From Eubacteriales bacterium (lineage in GTDB: Bacteria; Bacillota; Clostridia; Oscillospirales; CAG-272), in assembly GCA_045632065.1 (NCBI GenBank), contig JAZQWA010000004.1, positions 1 to 45,791 of the forward strand: a DNA stretch of 45,791 bases. Reading direction: 5' to 3'. Under the pieces are notes generated by a model that saw only the letters and a list, made by a program, of their open reading frames with translations, was not told the DNA's origin and made no database searches. The stretch's first letter is position 1. The number at the start of each line of letters is the position of its first letter. Positions 28,021 to 37,367 of the stretch are shown one piece after another. The translations under genes and the position numbers were made by a program.

Positions 28021-30300
28021 TTAGTGATCGTGATCGTGGTCGGTGTCGGTTTCGGTGCTGCCCTCAGAGCTGCCCTCGCCTGCAACGTCTATAACGTACT
28101 TAACATTTCTGAACTCAATAGTCCAGATACCTTCGTTATTTACAGCCTTTGCCTCAGTGTGAGTGTGTCCGCCATCCTCGGTGGATACAAGCTCGGTAGA
28201 GGTGAGGTAGTAGAAGAGCTTGTTGAACTGGAAGGATGCACGAACATTAAGCTCGCCATACTGGTCCATAACGTCCTTATAGAAGCGTCTGCCAACTTCC
28301 TTCTTGTACTGCTTCATGTAGTCCTTATCAACGTAGAAGTTCTCAGCGTCCTTGCGAGCGCTTTCCTTCTCCTCGTCGGTGGTGTATGCGCCAGCTGCGA
28401 TGTCGCTCTCAACGTAGCCTGCCATCTTTGCAATCGCGTCAGCCTCAACAACGCTTGCTACGTAGTAAAGCTGGATAATGGGCTTAAGCATTGCCTTAGC
28501 CTCTTCGGTAATAGCAGCCTCAACCTTGCTTGCGTCTGCAACCTTAAGAGTCTTTACAAGGTAATCGGTAAGAGTTGCGTATAAATCAACGTTTCTTACG
28601 CCGTTGGTGCTCTCTTTGTAGTACTTGTACTCGTAATCGTTGTAAATGAGGTCGTAGTATTCCTTAACTGCCTTCTCAGGATAGTTAGTAACCTCTACGG
28701 AATCCTTGATAAGAGTCCAAACTGCCTTCTGAACGTTCTCAACAATAGTCTTGTTGTACTTTTCTACAAGAGTATGCTCAATGCCCTCGTAGTACTCGTT
28801 GTAAAGAGCGTCGCCTGTCTCTTCGTTGGTGGTGGCCTTGTTAATCTTTTCAACGTAGGGAGCAACGGTCTTAAGCTGCTCTGCAAGAAGAGCTGCAGCT
28901 GCATCAGCAATTGCTTCCTTCTGCGCAGTTGTGGGTGAAGAACCACCGTCAGCTACTGCCTTGTCGTATGCAGCAAGACGATCCTTAAGATCGGAGCCAT
29001 CGGTATAAATCTCTGCGTTCTTGGTATCAAATACCTTAACCATCTCTGCTACAAGCTCGTTTACGGGAGTAGATGTCTCGCCCTCTACGTAGGTTGCATC
29101 CTTGAATGCATCGAAGTAATCAGCCTTAATCTTAGAGCCTACAACGTAGTTAAGAAGATCTGCGCCATTAACCTCTTCAACAGCGGGAGCGTCTACGTAG
29201 TATACGGGATATACGTAGTAAGTAAGCTCGGTATCCTTATCCATAGAAATGGTGTTGGTCTTACCATCCTTGCTGGTGTGAGCGCTGTCGGGAGCTACTG
29301 CGGTAGATGCGGTGAAGGGCTTGATAGTGAAGGAAAGGAAGGGCTCAACGTTCTCCTTAACCTCCCAACGAATAGTAACGTCGGAGTAGGTGTAGGTCTT
29401 GCCATCCTTTTCTACGGTAAACTTAGTAAGAGTCTTGCCTTCTTCATCAGCGTTGGGAACGCCAACAATCTTGCCAAGAGATGCGTTGTCAATAAGAATC
29501 TTGTGGAAGGGGTCAGCAGAATCAAGAGTTACCTGCTCGTACTTTGCAGTTACCTCGTTAACAACGTCCTGACCGTCAACGTTCTCGGTGTAAGAACGGG
29601 TGTAGCTGATAACGTAGGTCTTGCCAGCTGTAATCTCAAGAGCCTCCTTTACAGCGTTGTCAACTGCGGTCTGGATGCACTCCATCTTAAGCTTTTCAGC
29701 AGTCTTATCTTCGGTTGCCTCGTGAGTATGATTTGCCTCGCAATCCTCGGTAGCAGCCTTGGTTGCTGCAACCTTTGTATCCTTCTCAAGCTCAGCAGCA
29801 GTATACATATCGTAGATGTACTGCTCGATGTTCTCGTACTCCTTAGCGTCGAGAGCCTCCTTAAGAGCGCTCAAAACCTTCTCGGTGTCCTTAACGTCGC
29901 CAAGCTTGATAACGTGACCGCTGTTCTCTGCGGTTGCCTCGTTCATATTAGAGAAGTAGTATACGTTGTTATCCTTGTCAACTGCGTAGTAAACGAAGTA
30001 AAGAACGTCGCCGCCGTCAACCTTGCCTGTGGTAAGGTGCTCGGGATTGGTGTTAAGCAGACCTGTAACAACGGTGTTGTAGATCTGAGCCTTTACGTTT
30101 TCAACTCTCTTTGCTTCATCGTTAGTGAAGTCGCCATCCTTGATTTTAAGGCTCTGAAGAGCAGCCATAAAATCAACTCCATCCTTAAGTTTTGCATAGC
30201 TGCTGATATCCTCTACGAAATCAACAGACTTGGAGCAGCCTGTGAAAGCAAGAAGGGACATTACAACTACAAGAACCAAAGCAATAATTCTCTTTTTCAT
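28021..30300 (-). CDS. Large acidic lipoprotein with degenerate FKBP-like and trigger-factor C-terminal-like regions and His-rich motifs
   Basis: Lipobox LLAFTGC. Segments KVDGGDVLYFVYYA and ITAGKTYVISY. QKAVWTLIKDSVEVTNYPEKAVKEYY parallels ENAIWSYYRKIVNVKKYPLAKVEAIY of the 25701-27464 protein. Ends DTDHDHDH. Confidence 0.7.
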   Translation of the reverse strand: MKKRIIALVLVVVMSLLAFTGCSKSVDFVEDISSYAKLKDGVDFMAALQSLKIKDGDFTNDEAKRVENVKAQIYNTVVTGLLNTNPEHLTTGKVDGGDVLYFVYYAVDKDNNVYYFSNMNEATAENSGHVIKLGDVKDTEKVLSALKEALDAKEYENIEQYIYDMYTAAELEKDTKVAATKAATEDCEANHTHEATEDKTAEKLKMECIQTAVDNAVKEALEITAGKTYVISYTRSYTENVDGQDVVNEVTAKYEQVTLDSADPFHKILIDNASLGKIVGVPNADEEGKTLTKFTVEKDGKTYTYSDVTIRWEVKENVEPFLSFTIKPFTASTAVAPDSAHTSKDGKTNTISMDKDTELTYYVYPVYYVDAPAVEEVNGADLLNYVVGSKIKADYFDAFKDATYVEGETSTPVNELVAEMVKVFDTKNAEIYTDGSDLKDRLAAYDKAVADGGSSPTTAQKEAIADAAAALLAEQLKTVAPYVEKINKATTNEETGDALYNEYYEGIEHTLVEKYNKTIVENVQKAVWTLIKDSVEVTNYPEKAVKEYYDLIYNDYEYKYYKESTNGVRNVDLYATLTDYLVKTLKVADASKVEAAITEEAKAMLKPIIQLYYVASVVEADAIAKMAGYVESDIAAGAYTTDEEKESARKDAENFYVDKDYMKQYKKEVGRRFYKDVMDQYGELNVRASFQFNKLFYYLTSTELVSTEDGGHTHTEAKAVNNEGIWTIEFRNVKYVIDVAGEGSSEGSTETDTDHDHDH

Positions 30301-30372
30301 TGTCTTTTTCCTTACATAATAAATTTATTTCAAAATTCGTGCCAAAAACACGTTTATATTGATCTGTTTTGA

Positions 30373-30435
30373 CCGTTACTCACCCTATCAAGTGAGTAAC
30401 GGATTTATTATAGCACACAATATTGCAAATTGCAA
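30373..30435 (-). promoter_or_regulatory. Promoter of the lipoprotein gene with a perfect 11-bp inverted repeat at the predicted start site
   Basis: TTGCAA (30435-30430), 17 nt spacer, TGc-TATAAT (30412-30407). CCGTTACTCAC-N8-GTGAGTAACGG at 30373-30402. Confidence 0.65.
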
Positions 30436-30500
30436 ATGTTTTTTTATATTTTTTTAAATATTTTATATTTTAGTAACAATTTATAAATAATTAAAGATTT

Positions 30501-33401
30501 TTAGTTCCAATAGGATACGTCGGGATTAACCATAACACCGTTGAGAAGGTCGTTAAAGGAGTTAACAATCTTCTTCGCCGCAAATGTGGAAATATAGAAG
30601 CCCGAGCTCTCATCCTTTGAGCTATTTACAACATTGCCGTTGTCGTCTACTCTGTAAATCTGAACCATCACCTTTCTGTCGGTGGCGCGGTAGAAGTCGT
30701 AAACGTAGTGGTAATGTCCACCGATAAGAGAAAACTGCATAGAAAGTATCTTCTGGCAGCTTCCGATAACCTCGGCAGCCTCGTCCTTGTCGAGCGAGCC
30801 TGTGTAATTAACCGCAAAGAGCATCTGAAGGATATTCTTGAAGCTTGCTGCGCCTGCGGTGTCGTTTCTCACCATAAGCTCCTCGCCTGCAACCATATTG
30901 TAAATATCCGCAATATCAACTCCTGTTACAACAGGGTTATCCTTTATGAATTTCGAGAACACGCTGTACGACATATCCTCGCCAAGCGGTCTGGTTCTCA
31001 CCTTGAGAAGATTTACCGTGGTAGCGCCCTCTGTTCCGGGGGCAACAATATTGCCGTTGAGAACGTATTTCTTATCGTGAATAAGGTCGAATTCGTAGGA
31101 GCCGAATATATCGTCCATATTTATGTCAACCTTAATCTCGTCAATGTTGAGATAGTCAACCATTATAAGATTTTTTCTCGCCCAGTACTCGCCGAAGCTC
31201 TTTTCAAGGAAGTTGAACTGCGCGCCGTCAATCTCTACGATAATATCATACAAATCCGAAGCGATATATCTTGTGCCGTCGGACTGCGCCTTACTGATGT
31301 AGAGAGTGAAGCCGAGAGTGCTTGCCCAGGTGTAGTTGTCAAGCTCATCCTTGTCCGAGCCGTCCATAACACCTATTCCGCGAGGAAGCTCAAAATAAAT
31401 GGTATAACCCTCGTAAAGACCGAATTTCTCCATATTTGCGGGGGTAAGTCCTACCGCTACCGTCTTTTTACCCTCAAGGCCTGTTGCCATATTGCTGGAT
31501 TGACCGCCTACTCCGCCGAGAAGGAATGTTACAGTCTGGCAAGCAAAGGCATCGAGAGGATAACTGCGATACTCGTTTGTGAGAGTATTCTTGTAAATCG
31601 ACTCTGCATAGAAGGGGTCTCTGCCATCACCTGCCGTAGCATTGAGGAACTCGAAGGAAACCACCATTTCTCTCTCAACAAAGCCCTTGATTTCTCTTAT
31701 ACGATAGGTAAGGAAATCCTGCATATACTGCGTATATCTTGTCTCGCTGTAAACCGCCTCGTCGGGAAGCTCACCGGGACGAAGTCCCACAAGTGCCTCC
31801 TTGATTGCAAGGTCATCGCCTGCAATTATCTTGCTGAGGTCAACAAGCATTTCGCCCTCGTCAGCCGTATCTTTTCCGTCAATTACATACTTATATGCAA
31901 ACTTAACTATACATTCTGCGGTAATTTCGCTGGCATAAGAGAATGAACCGTCAGCATTTTTCTTCTGAACATAGATAATCTCGGTAATGAACATACTCAC
32001 GTTTCTGGGCGTGCCGTTCTGCTCATTGTAGCTCTCGTCCCACTTAATAGAAACGTCATCGCCAACTCTTGAATCAGCAAGGGTGGCTCTTACGCTTTCG
32101 GGAACGTTTGTGTTATTAAGGTCTATAATTGCATGCTGGGGCTCGGTGCTGGTATTGGTGGCGGAGTCATCAATTCTGCACTCGTAGGTAACTCTGACAA
32201 GGTCGCCCTCGCTAACAGGTGTGCCCACAGCCTCGATATCACAGCTATCGGTAACGACAGCCTCGATTTTCGTTATAGTGTAATGATAGGTTTTGCCAAA
32301 CACCGCCTCATTGGAGTTGAAAACGTAGCTGGCAACGATTTCATCAGAGCCCTCATACTTCGCTATCTGCTTATTTACAAGAGCGTTTATGAGTCTCTTT
32401 GCCTCATCGCTCTTGCTGAGATTTTGTAAATTGATAGAGAAGGACGAATATCCTGCGGATTTATATCCTGTTGTGCCCTCTGTGGAGGTGGAATTATAAA
32501 CAGGCTCAACTATGTCGGCAAAAACGATAACCTCGGATTTTTCCGACACAGGCTTTGTGCTGTTCTGTCCGTAATATGTGTTTGTCCACTGCTTGTAGTC
32601 CTGAGTAAGGAACGGGCCGTAAAGTCCGTCGCCTGGGAGTCCCTCTGCAATCACTCTGGAATGAAGGAAGCTCTCAACGTCACAAAGCAGGTTGTCAAAC
32701 TGGGTTGACGAGGAAACGTAGATGTAGTTTCTACCATCAATCATGTAGTAATATCCCTTACCGCTGATAAGCTTATTACCTACGTAGATATCAATCTCCT
32801 TTTCGCCGTCAGGGGTGAAATACTTAACGTATATATGCTCTCTGTGCTCCTTGTCAAGACCGTAGCGGGCAAGCTGAGCATCAAAATCTGCCTCAGGCTC
32901 AAGTCTATCGGCAAAATACATAGCGCCAATAGATGCCAGAACCATTGTAACCTTGGAAATACTGATTCCCATCGAATTGTCGGAAGCGTAAAAATCGTTG
33001 TAATCGGCTCCGCTTTCGGCAAACAGAATGTCGGGATAGTAAATTTTTTCATTTCCGTCCTCGTCAAGATAGGAGAACAGGAAATAATTTTCATAAAGAC
33101 CTGTAGCCTCCTCTTTGGGACGGCCGATGGCAAATGAGGATTTCTCACCCTTTACGCCAACCGAAATAATGGCGCTTGTCTGAATAGGCGCATATGCCAC
33201 AGGCGTCGTGCCGTGCATAGCCTCGCCATCCTTAAGCGCGATAGGCTCCTTCTGCTGTGTCTGTCCGTTATTTGTTCCCGCAAGAGAGGATATAACCGCA
33301 GAAAGTATAACGTATCCTGCAATCAGGAATACCAAAACTGCCGAGGTGATAATTATCGCCAGATGAGTTTTTGAAAGCTTATTTTTCTTAACTTCTACCA
33401 T
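30501..33401 (-). CDS. Membrane-anchored DUF4340-like protein with inserted FKBP-like modules
   Basis: N-terminal TM. DUF4340-like units LARYGLD...IYVGNK..GKGYYYMIDG..YIYV and MEKFGL...TLYIS..DGTRYI. Intervening VSEGDLVRVTYECRID, VKFAYKYVIDG..AIKEALVGLRPG and LINALVNKQI..GKTYHYTITKI. Occupies the usual DUF4340 position after GldG-like genes. Confidence 0.65.
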   Translation of the reverse strand: MVEVKKNKLSKTHLAIIITSAVLVFLIAGYVILSAVISSLAGTNNGQTQQKEPIALKDGEAMHGTTPVAYAPIQTSAIISVGVKGEKSSFAIGRPKEEATGLYENYFLFSYLDEDGNEKIYYPDILFAESGADYNDFYASDNSMGISISKVTMVLASIGAMYFADRLEPEADFDAQLARYGLDKEHREHIYVKYFTPDGEKEIDIYVGNKLISGKGYYYMIDGRNYIYVSSSTQFDNLLCDVESFLHSRVIAEGLPGDGLYGPFLTQDYKQWTNTYYGQNSTKPVSEKSEVIVFADIVEPVYNSTSTEGTTGYKSAGYSSFSINLQNLSKSDEAKRLINALVNKQIAKYEGSDEIVASYVFNSNEAVFGKTYHYTITKIEAVVTDSCDIEAVGTPVSEGDLVRVTYECRIDDSATNTSTEPQHAIIDLNNTNVPESVRATLADSRVGDDVSIKWDESYNEQNGTPRNVSMFITEIIYVQKKNADGSFSYASEITAECIVKFAYKYVIDGKDTADEGEMLVDLSKIIAGDDLAIKEALVGLRPGELPDEAVYSETRYTQYMQDFLTYRIREIKGFVEREMVVSFEFLNATAGDGRDPFYAESIYKNTLTNEYRSYPLDAFACQTVTFLLGGVGGQSSNMATGLEGKKTVAVGLTPANMEKFGLYEGYTIYFELPRGIGVMDGSDKDELDNYTWASTLGFTLYISKAQSDGTRYIASDLYDIIVEIDGAQFNFLEKSFGEYWARKNLIMVDYLNIDEIKVDINMDDIFGSYEFDLIHDKKYVLNGNIVAPGTEGATTVNLLKVRTRPLGEDMSYSVFSKFIKDNPVVTGVDIADIYNMVAGEELMVRNDTAGAASFKNILQMLFAVNYTGSLDKDEAAEVIGSCQKILSMQFSLIGGHYHYVYDFYRATDRKVMVQIYRVDDNGNVVNSSKDESSGFYISTFAAKKIVNSFNDLLNGVMVNPDVSYWN

Positions 33402-33412
33402 AGCGCACCTCC

Positions 33413-35062
33413 TTATAAGAATCTGCGCTTAATGCGCACAGCTATGCCAAGAGCTGCAATAGCAACAGGTATAATCATTATAATAACCGTCATAACGGTT
33501 ACAGTGCCCTTGGTAAGCGCTAAATAGCTTCTGTTTTCATCCTTGGTTTCCACGTCGTAAATTGAGTAATCGGTAAGAATCTTACCACCGCGGTTAACTG
33601 TATTCTTACCGTCGTGGCCAAGCTCTGCATCGGCATACTCGTCGGTACGAATAACGTTCTCAGTATAAGCGCTCATTACCTCGTAATTTGCAAACGAGGG
33701 GTTGCCAAGCGTTTCGTTAGAGAAGAAATCACCGCTGTTTGCGCAGAAAACGTAGGAATATTTGTATTCGCCTGTTTCGGAGTTAATCTCAATTCTCGAG
33801 GTTACGCCTGCAATATACTGACGGCCTACCGCTTCGAGAATATTGTATTCGTCCATATCGCCCTTATTGTAGGCTCTCGCCTCGTCGGAGGAGTACAGGA
33901 AGGGCGCAAAGTTTCTCGCAACCGCATAAGTGCCGGGCTCGTTGATGCTCTCGGCATCGCCGTAGGAGCACTTAATGTAGCCGCTGTTGCCAACAACTAC
34001 GCTGGGAGCGCTGGAAAGCGATGCAAAATCGCCGTAAATCGCCTGACCGTAGCTATCGGGGTCGGAGTCGTAATGAGTAACAAGGTCGGTGAAGGTGCGC
34101 TCAGCGTTCTCAACGTGGGATTTTTCGTCTGTAAGGAGCGAGTCGCTGAATTCGAAGCCCCACTCGTAAAGGAATTCCTCAAGATTGGGAAGGGTGGTTG
34201 CATAATCCTTGGCAACCATAACCGCGCCTTGATTATCAATGATGTATCTGTCGATTTTTTCGCACTCGGAGGCGTAGCCGAATTCGCCAAGCCTGTCGGT
34301 GTCAACCTTAAAGTCGGATGTGGGATTGTTGATAATAAGAAGCACGCAATCCTCGGGAACTCTGTCTACCGAGGTAAGGTCAAGAGGCAGAGCCTCAAGT
34401 CCTCTGTCGGAGAGCATATCGTAAAGAGCCGCAGCCTTAAGACCCTGCGCATTCTCGGGGTCATTAACGTCATAGTAGGTCTCGCCGTGGCCTACGGTGA
34501 AGTATGCCTTGGGACGATTAACCGTTGTAACCGATTTTATAAGGTTTGCAAGCTTATATTCACCGTTGAAGGCAATAAGCTCACCTGTGCTTCTGGAAAT
34601 CCAGAAATAGTTTGCGCTGACAATTCTGTATCTTGTTCCGTAGGAAACAATTATGTCAGAGGGCAAAATCTGAGACATCGAGGTGGACTTATACTGCGAA
34701 ACCGCGGTGGGATTATACGTCACGTTTACCGTCTCAACGGTAAAGTTCTTAAAGCACTTTTGCATCTGGAGCGCCATAAAGTACGCCACTCTGGTCACCT
34801 GATTTGACAAAAGCGTATCGGGGTCGGAGCAGAAGGTAACCTTAACCTCACCCTCAAGGCCCTCGATATAGGAGCATTCCTGCTTCATAAGGTCTGTAAG
34901 AGTGTAAAGTCCCTCGTCGGTAAGGTCAACCATAACGGTTTTTTGCTCACCGAGCTTGGTCATCAAAAGGTTAAGAGCCAACAGAACGACAATCGCCAGA
35001 AGAGTTATAACGGCGAAAATTCTGTTTCTTGCGCCTCTGCTTTTTAAAGCATCAAATTTCAT
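33413..35062 (-). CDS. GldG-family ABC transporter auxiliary component
   Basis: N- and C-terminal TMs, DLTDEGLYTLT, AYFTVGHGE, LLIINNPTSDF, and a basic C-terminus IKRRFL. Confidence 0.85.
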   Translation of the reverse strand: MKFDALKSRGARNRIFAVITLLAIVVLLALNLLMTKLGEQKTVMVDLTDEGLYTLTDLMKQECSYIEGLEGEVKVTFCSDPDTLLSNQVTRVAYFMALQMQKCFKNFTVETVNVTYNPTAVSQYKSTSMSQILPSDIIVSYGTRYRIVSANYFWISRSTGELIAFNGEYKLANLIKSVTTVNRPKAYFTVGHGETYYDVNDPENAQGLKAAALYDMLSDRGLEALPLDLTSVDRVPEDCVLLIINNPTSDFKVDTDRLGEFGYASECEKIDRYIIDNQGAVMVAKDYATTLPNLEEFLYEWGFEFSDSLLTDEKSHVENAERTFTDLVTHYDSDPDSYGQAIYGDFASLSSAPSVVVGNSGYIKCSYGDAESINEPGTYAVARNFAPFLYSSDEARAYNKGDMDEYNILEAVGRQYIAGVTSRIEINSETGEYKYSYVFCANSGDFFSNETLGNPSFANYEVMSAYTENVIRTDEYADAELGHDGKNTVNRGGKILTDYSIYDVETKDENRSYLALTKGTVTVMTVIIMIIPVAIAALGIAVRIKRRFL

Positions 35063-35068
35063 CTATGT

Positions 35069-36598
35069 TTACCTATTCTTTCTTCTAACCAGAACCACGC
35101 CACCCAAAATGCCGATAACGACAGGAATAGCAATAAGCACGGCAGTGTATATTCTTGCTGTGCCGACAGTCAGATTTTCAAGCACGGAGTGCTGATAAAT
35201 CACACTGCGACAGCCGTAGGGCATATCACCCTTCTCAAAGAATACGTCAAAGAGAGAGTATAAAAAGTCTTTATTGGAGTATCTGTCGGTAACAATCGCA
35301 TCGGATGCGGTAAGCATACCGTCAGACATAACAACTATTGCAGAATCCTCTGTGGAGTTGTTGGAATAGCGGGAATACGCTGCGATAGCGTAATCTCCGT
35401 CAGAGTTAACTCTCACACCGCCCGCCTCAAGAGTCGATGAGGGGGAAGCCACAAGGAGAGGTCTTGCTTCCGCAAAATTGGGGTCTATGGCAATAGAAGC
35501 CACGTTACGAAGGACAACCCTGGGGTTTTCAGCTCCTGCGCGATTAACGATTTTATCACGCATAGCCGAGGCAACCTCACTGTCGGCAAATTCAGCAACA
35601 AGAGTGAATCCGTCGGCAGTAATTGCATTAGACGACTCTCTTACAAGAGCCTTCTCGCCCGAGTCGGCTGTTTCAAAGGACAGTCCGTACTCGCCGATAA
35701 ACTGTGAAAGCGTACCAAAGGGCTTGTTGATAAGCGGGTCAACGATAACCATAAGCTTACCGCCTCTGCCTCGATAATCAACAAGTCTGTCGTACTCCGT
35801 CCAAAGCGACGAGCCCTCTGCTCCGCGCTCAAAATCAACCACAGGATTAGAAATGATAACCAAATCGGCATCCTCGGGCACGTCATTCTTCCTGAGATTA
35901 AGCTCCTTTACGAGATATCCCGCAGAGGAAAGTATAGTGTAAAGAATAGCGTTTGAGGTCTCACCGTGACCTGTGGTGAAATATGCGATTTGTTGACTTT
36001 CAGCAGGCTGAAGCGCCCAAAGCACAGAGGACGCAAACACCTCCTCACCGTTATAAGAGGTGGGAGTGAGCTGACTGTCAAGAGTATAGAAATTAGCGTA
36101 ACCTGTTATGGAAAAGCTGTCTGTCAATACACGATAGTTGGTTTCTGTGGAGAAAATCACCGAGTTTTCGTTGATAAATTCTCCCTCTCTCTGCGTAAAC
36201 TGCGAGAGGTCATAGGGAGCGCCGTCGGAATCCAGCTGTGTAAGAGCGTTAACGAATTTAAGATTGATAAATTCGGGGTATCTTTCCTCAAAATATTTAG
36301 CGGTGCGATAAACCGCAGCGCCTTTTTCGTTATTTTTAACCGAGTCCTCATAGGAACAGAAAATAACGTCAACCTTACGTCCGCTCTCTATATATTCGGC
36401 AAAAAACGCGTCGTTTGACGAGGAAATGGACAAATCGTACTCCTCGTCCTTATGAATATACAGCGAAAAGGCGCTTGTAAGAGTATAAGTAATTATGTTT
36501 ACGAACACAACGGCGCAGATTATCACCGCGGTAAGCACCGCAGAGGAGAAATTACGCCCCCTAACAAAGCCCGTAAACCCTTGTTTAAGCTTGTTCAT
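35069..36598 (-). CDS. GldG-family ABC transporter auxiliary component (second paralog)
   Basis: N- and C-terminal TMs, YNGEEVFASSV, AYFTTGHGE, VPEDADLVIISNPVVDF, YSNKDF, and C-terminus VRRKNR. Confidence 0.85.
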   Translation of the reverse strand: MNKLKQGFTGFVRGRNFSSAVLTAVIICAVVFVNIITYTLTSAFSLYIHKDEEYDLSISSSNDAFFAEYIESGRKVDVIFCSYEDSVKNNEKGAAVYRTAKYFEERYPEFINLKFVNALTQLDSDGAPYDLSQFTQREGEFINENSVIFSTETNYRVLTDSFSITGYANFYTLDSQLTPTSYNGEEVFASSVLWALQPAESQQIAYFTTGHGETSNAILYTILSSAGYLVKELNLRKNDVPEDADLVIISNPVVDFERGAEGSSLWTEYDRLVDYRGRGGKLMVIVDPLINKPFGTLSQFIGEYGLSFETADSGEKALVRESSNAITADGFTLVAEFADSEVASAMRDKIVNRAGAENPRVVLRNVASIAIDPNFAEARPLLVASPSSTLEAGGVRVNSDGDYAIAAYSRYSNNSTEDSAIVVMSDGMLTASDAIVTDRYSNKDFLYSLFDVFFEKGDMPYGCRSVIYQHSVLENLTVGTARIYTAVLIAIPVVIGILGGVVLVRRKNR

Positions 36599-36636
36599 AT
36601 ATAAATTTCTTCCTTTTTGCGTTTTTTAGGTGTAAA

Positions 36637-37344
36637 TCAATTATATCTTCTGCGGTCGAATACTCTGACGGTGAGATATAAGAACACTGCGCAAACAGAG
36701 AAGTAATAAACAACGGAAGCAAGGTCGAAATAACCGTTTGTAAAGGTCTGGAATCTTGTGAAAATCGAGAGGGCGTCAAATACAAATCTGAGCCAGTAGT
36801 TCTGGGGAAGAAGCATACCGATAACGCCAACGATTAGCATCGCAAGAATAATTCCTATGCTTCCAACTGCAGCGCTGAGCTGGTTTTCGGTAAGCGAGGA
36901 CACGAAAATGCCCACCGCGATAAACACAAGGCCAACCATAAGAAGCGCAAGCATATTGCCGAGAAGCAATGCAACGTTAAGCACTGCGTAAGGCAAAAGA
37001 AGAAGGAAATAAAGAGTGGAAAATACGGTGGCAGCGGCAAAAATCGCATAGGATGCAAGGAATTTACCCATCACCATAGCGGTTATGGAAACCGGTGAGG
37101 TGAGAAGAAGCTGCTCTGTCTTACCCTTTTTCTCCTCGCTGAAGGACTTCATTGTAAGAATGGGAAGCATGATGGCAGAAAGAAGCATCATTATTGTAAA
37201 ATAGGTGGTAACGTTAGAGGACATGGCAAAAAGCGTTGTTGCGCAGAATGCAATTCCCGCTACCGCAAGGAACATTACGAGGAATACGTAACCCATAACA
37301 CCGGTAAAGTATCCCTTGATTTCTCTTTTAAATATAGCAAGCAT
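36637..37344 (-). CDS. GldF-like ABC-2 type permease
   Basis: MLAIFKREIKGYF, TMKSFSEEKKGKTEQLLLTSPV..VMGKFLA, SSLTENQ; about 6 TMs. Confidence 0.9.
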   Translation of the reverse strand: MLAIFKREIKGYFTGVMGYVFLVMFLAVAGIAFCATTLFAMSSNVTTYFTIMMLLSAIMLPILTMKSFSEEKKGKTEQLLLTSPVSITAMVMGKFLASYAIFAAATVFSTLYFLLLLPYAVLNVALLLGNMLALLMVGLVFIAVGIFVSSLTENQLSAAVGSIGIILAMLIVGVIGMLLPQNYWLRFVFDALSIFTRFQTFTNGYFDLASVVYYFSVCAVFLYLTVRVFDRRRYN

Positions 37345-37367
37345 TTTGTTTTCCTACCTTTCCTTGA

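Noticed and set aside
30373-30402. CIRCE (HrcA) operator upstream of a chaperone-like gene
   Set aside because: Sequence and spacing differ from TTAGCACTC-N9-GAGTGCTAA.
25914-34807. Long plus-strand ORFs (25914-27218, 29278-30372, 30708-31946, 33614-34807)
   Set aside because: Antisense shadows of well-supported minus-strand genes. They show no recognisable motifs and are expected from codon bias.
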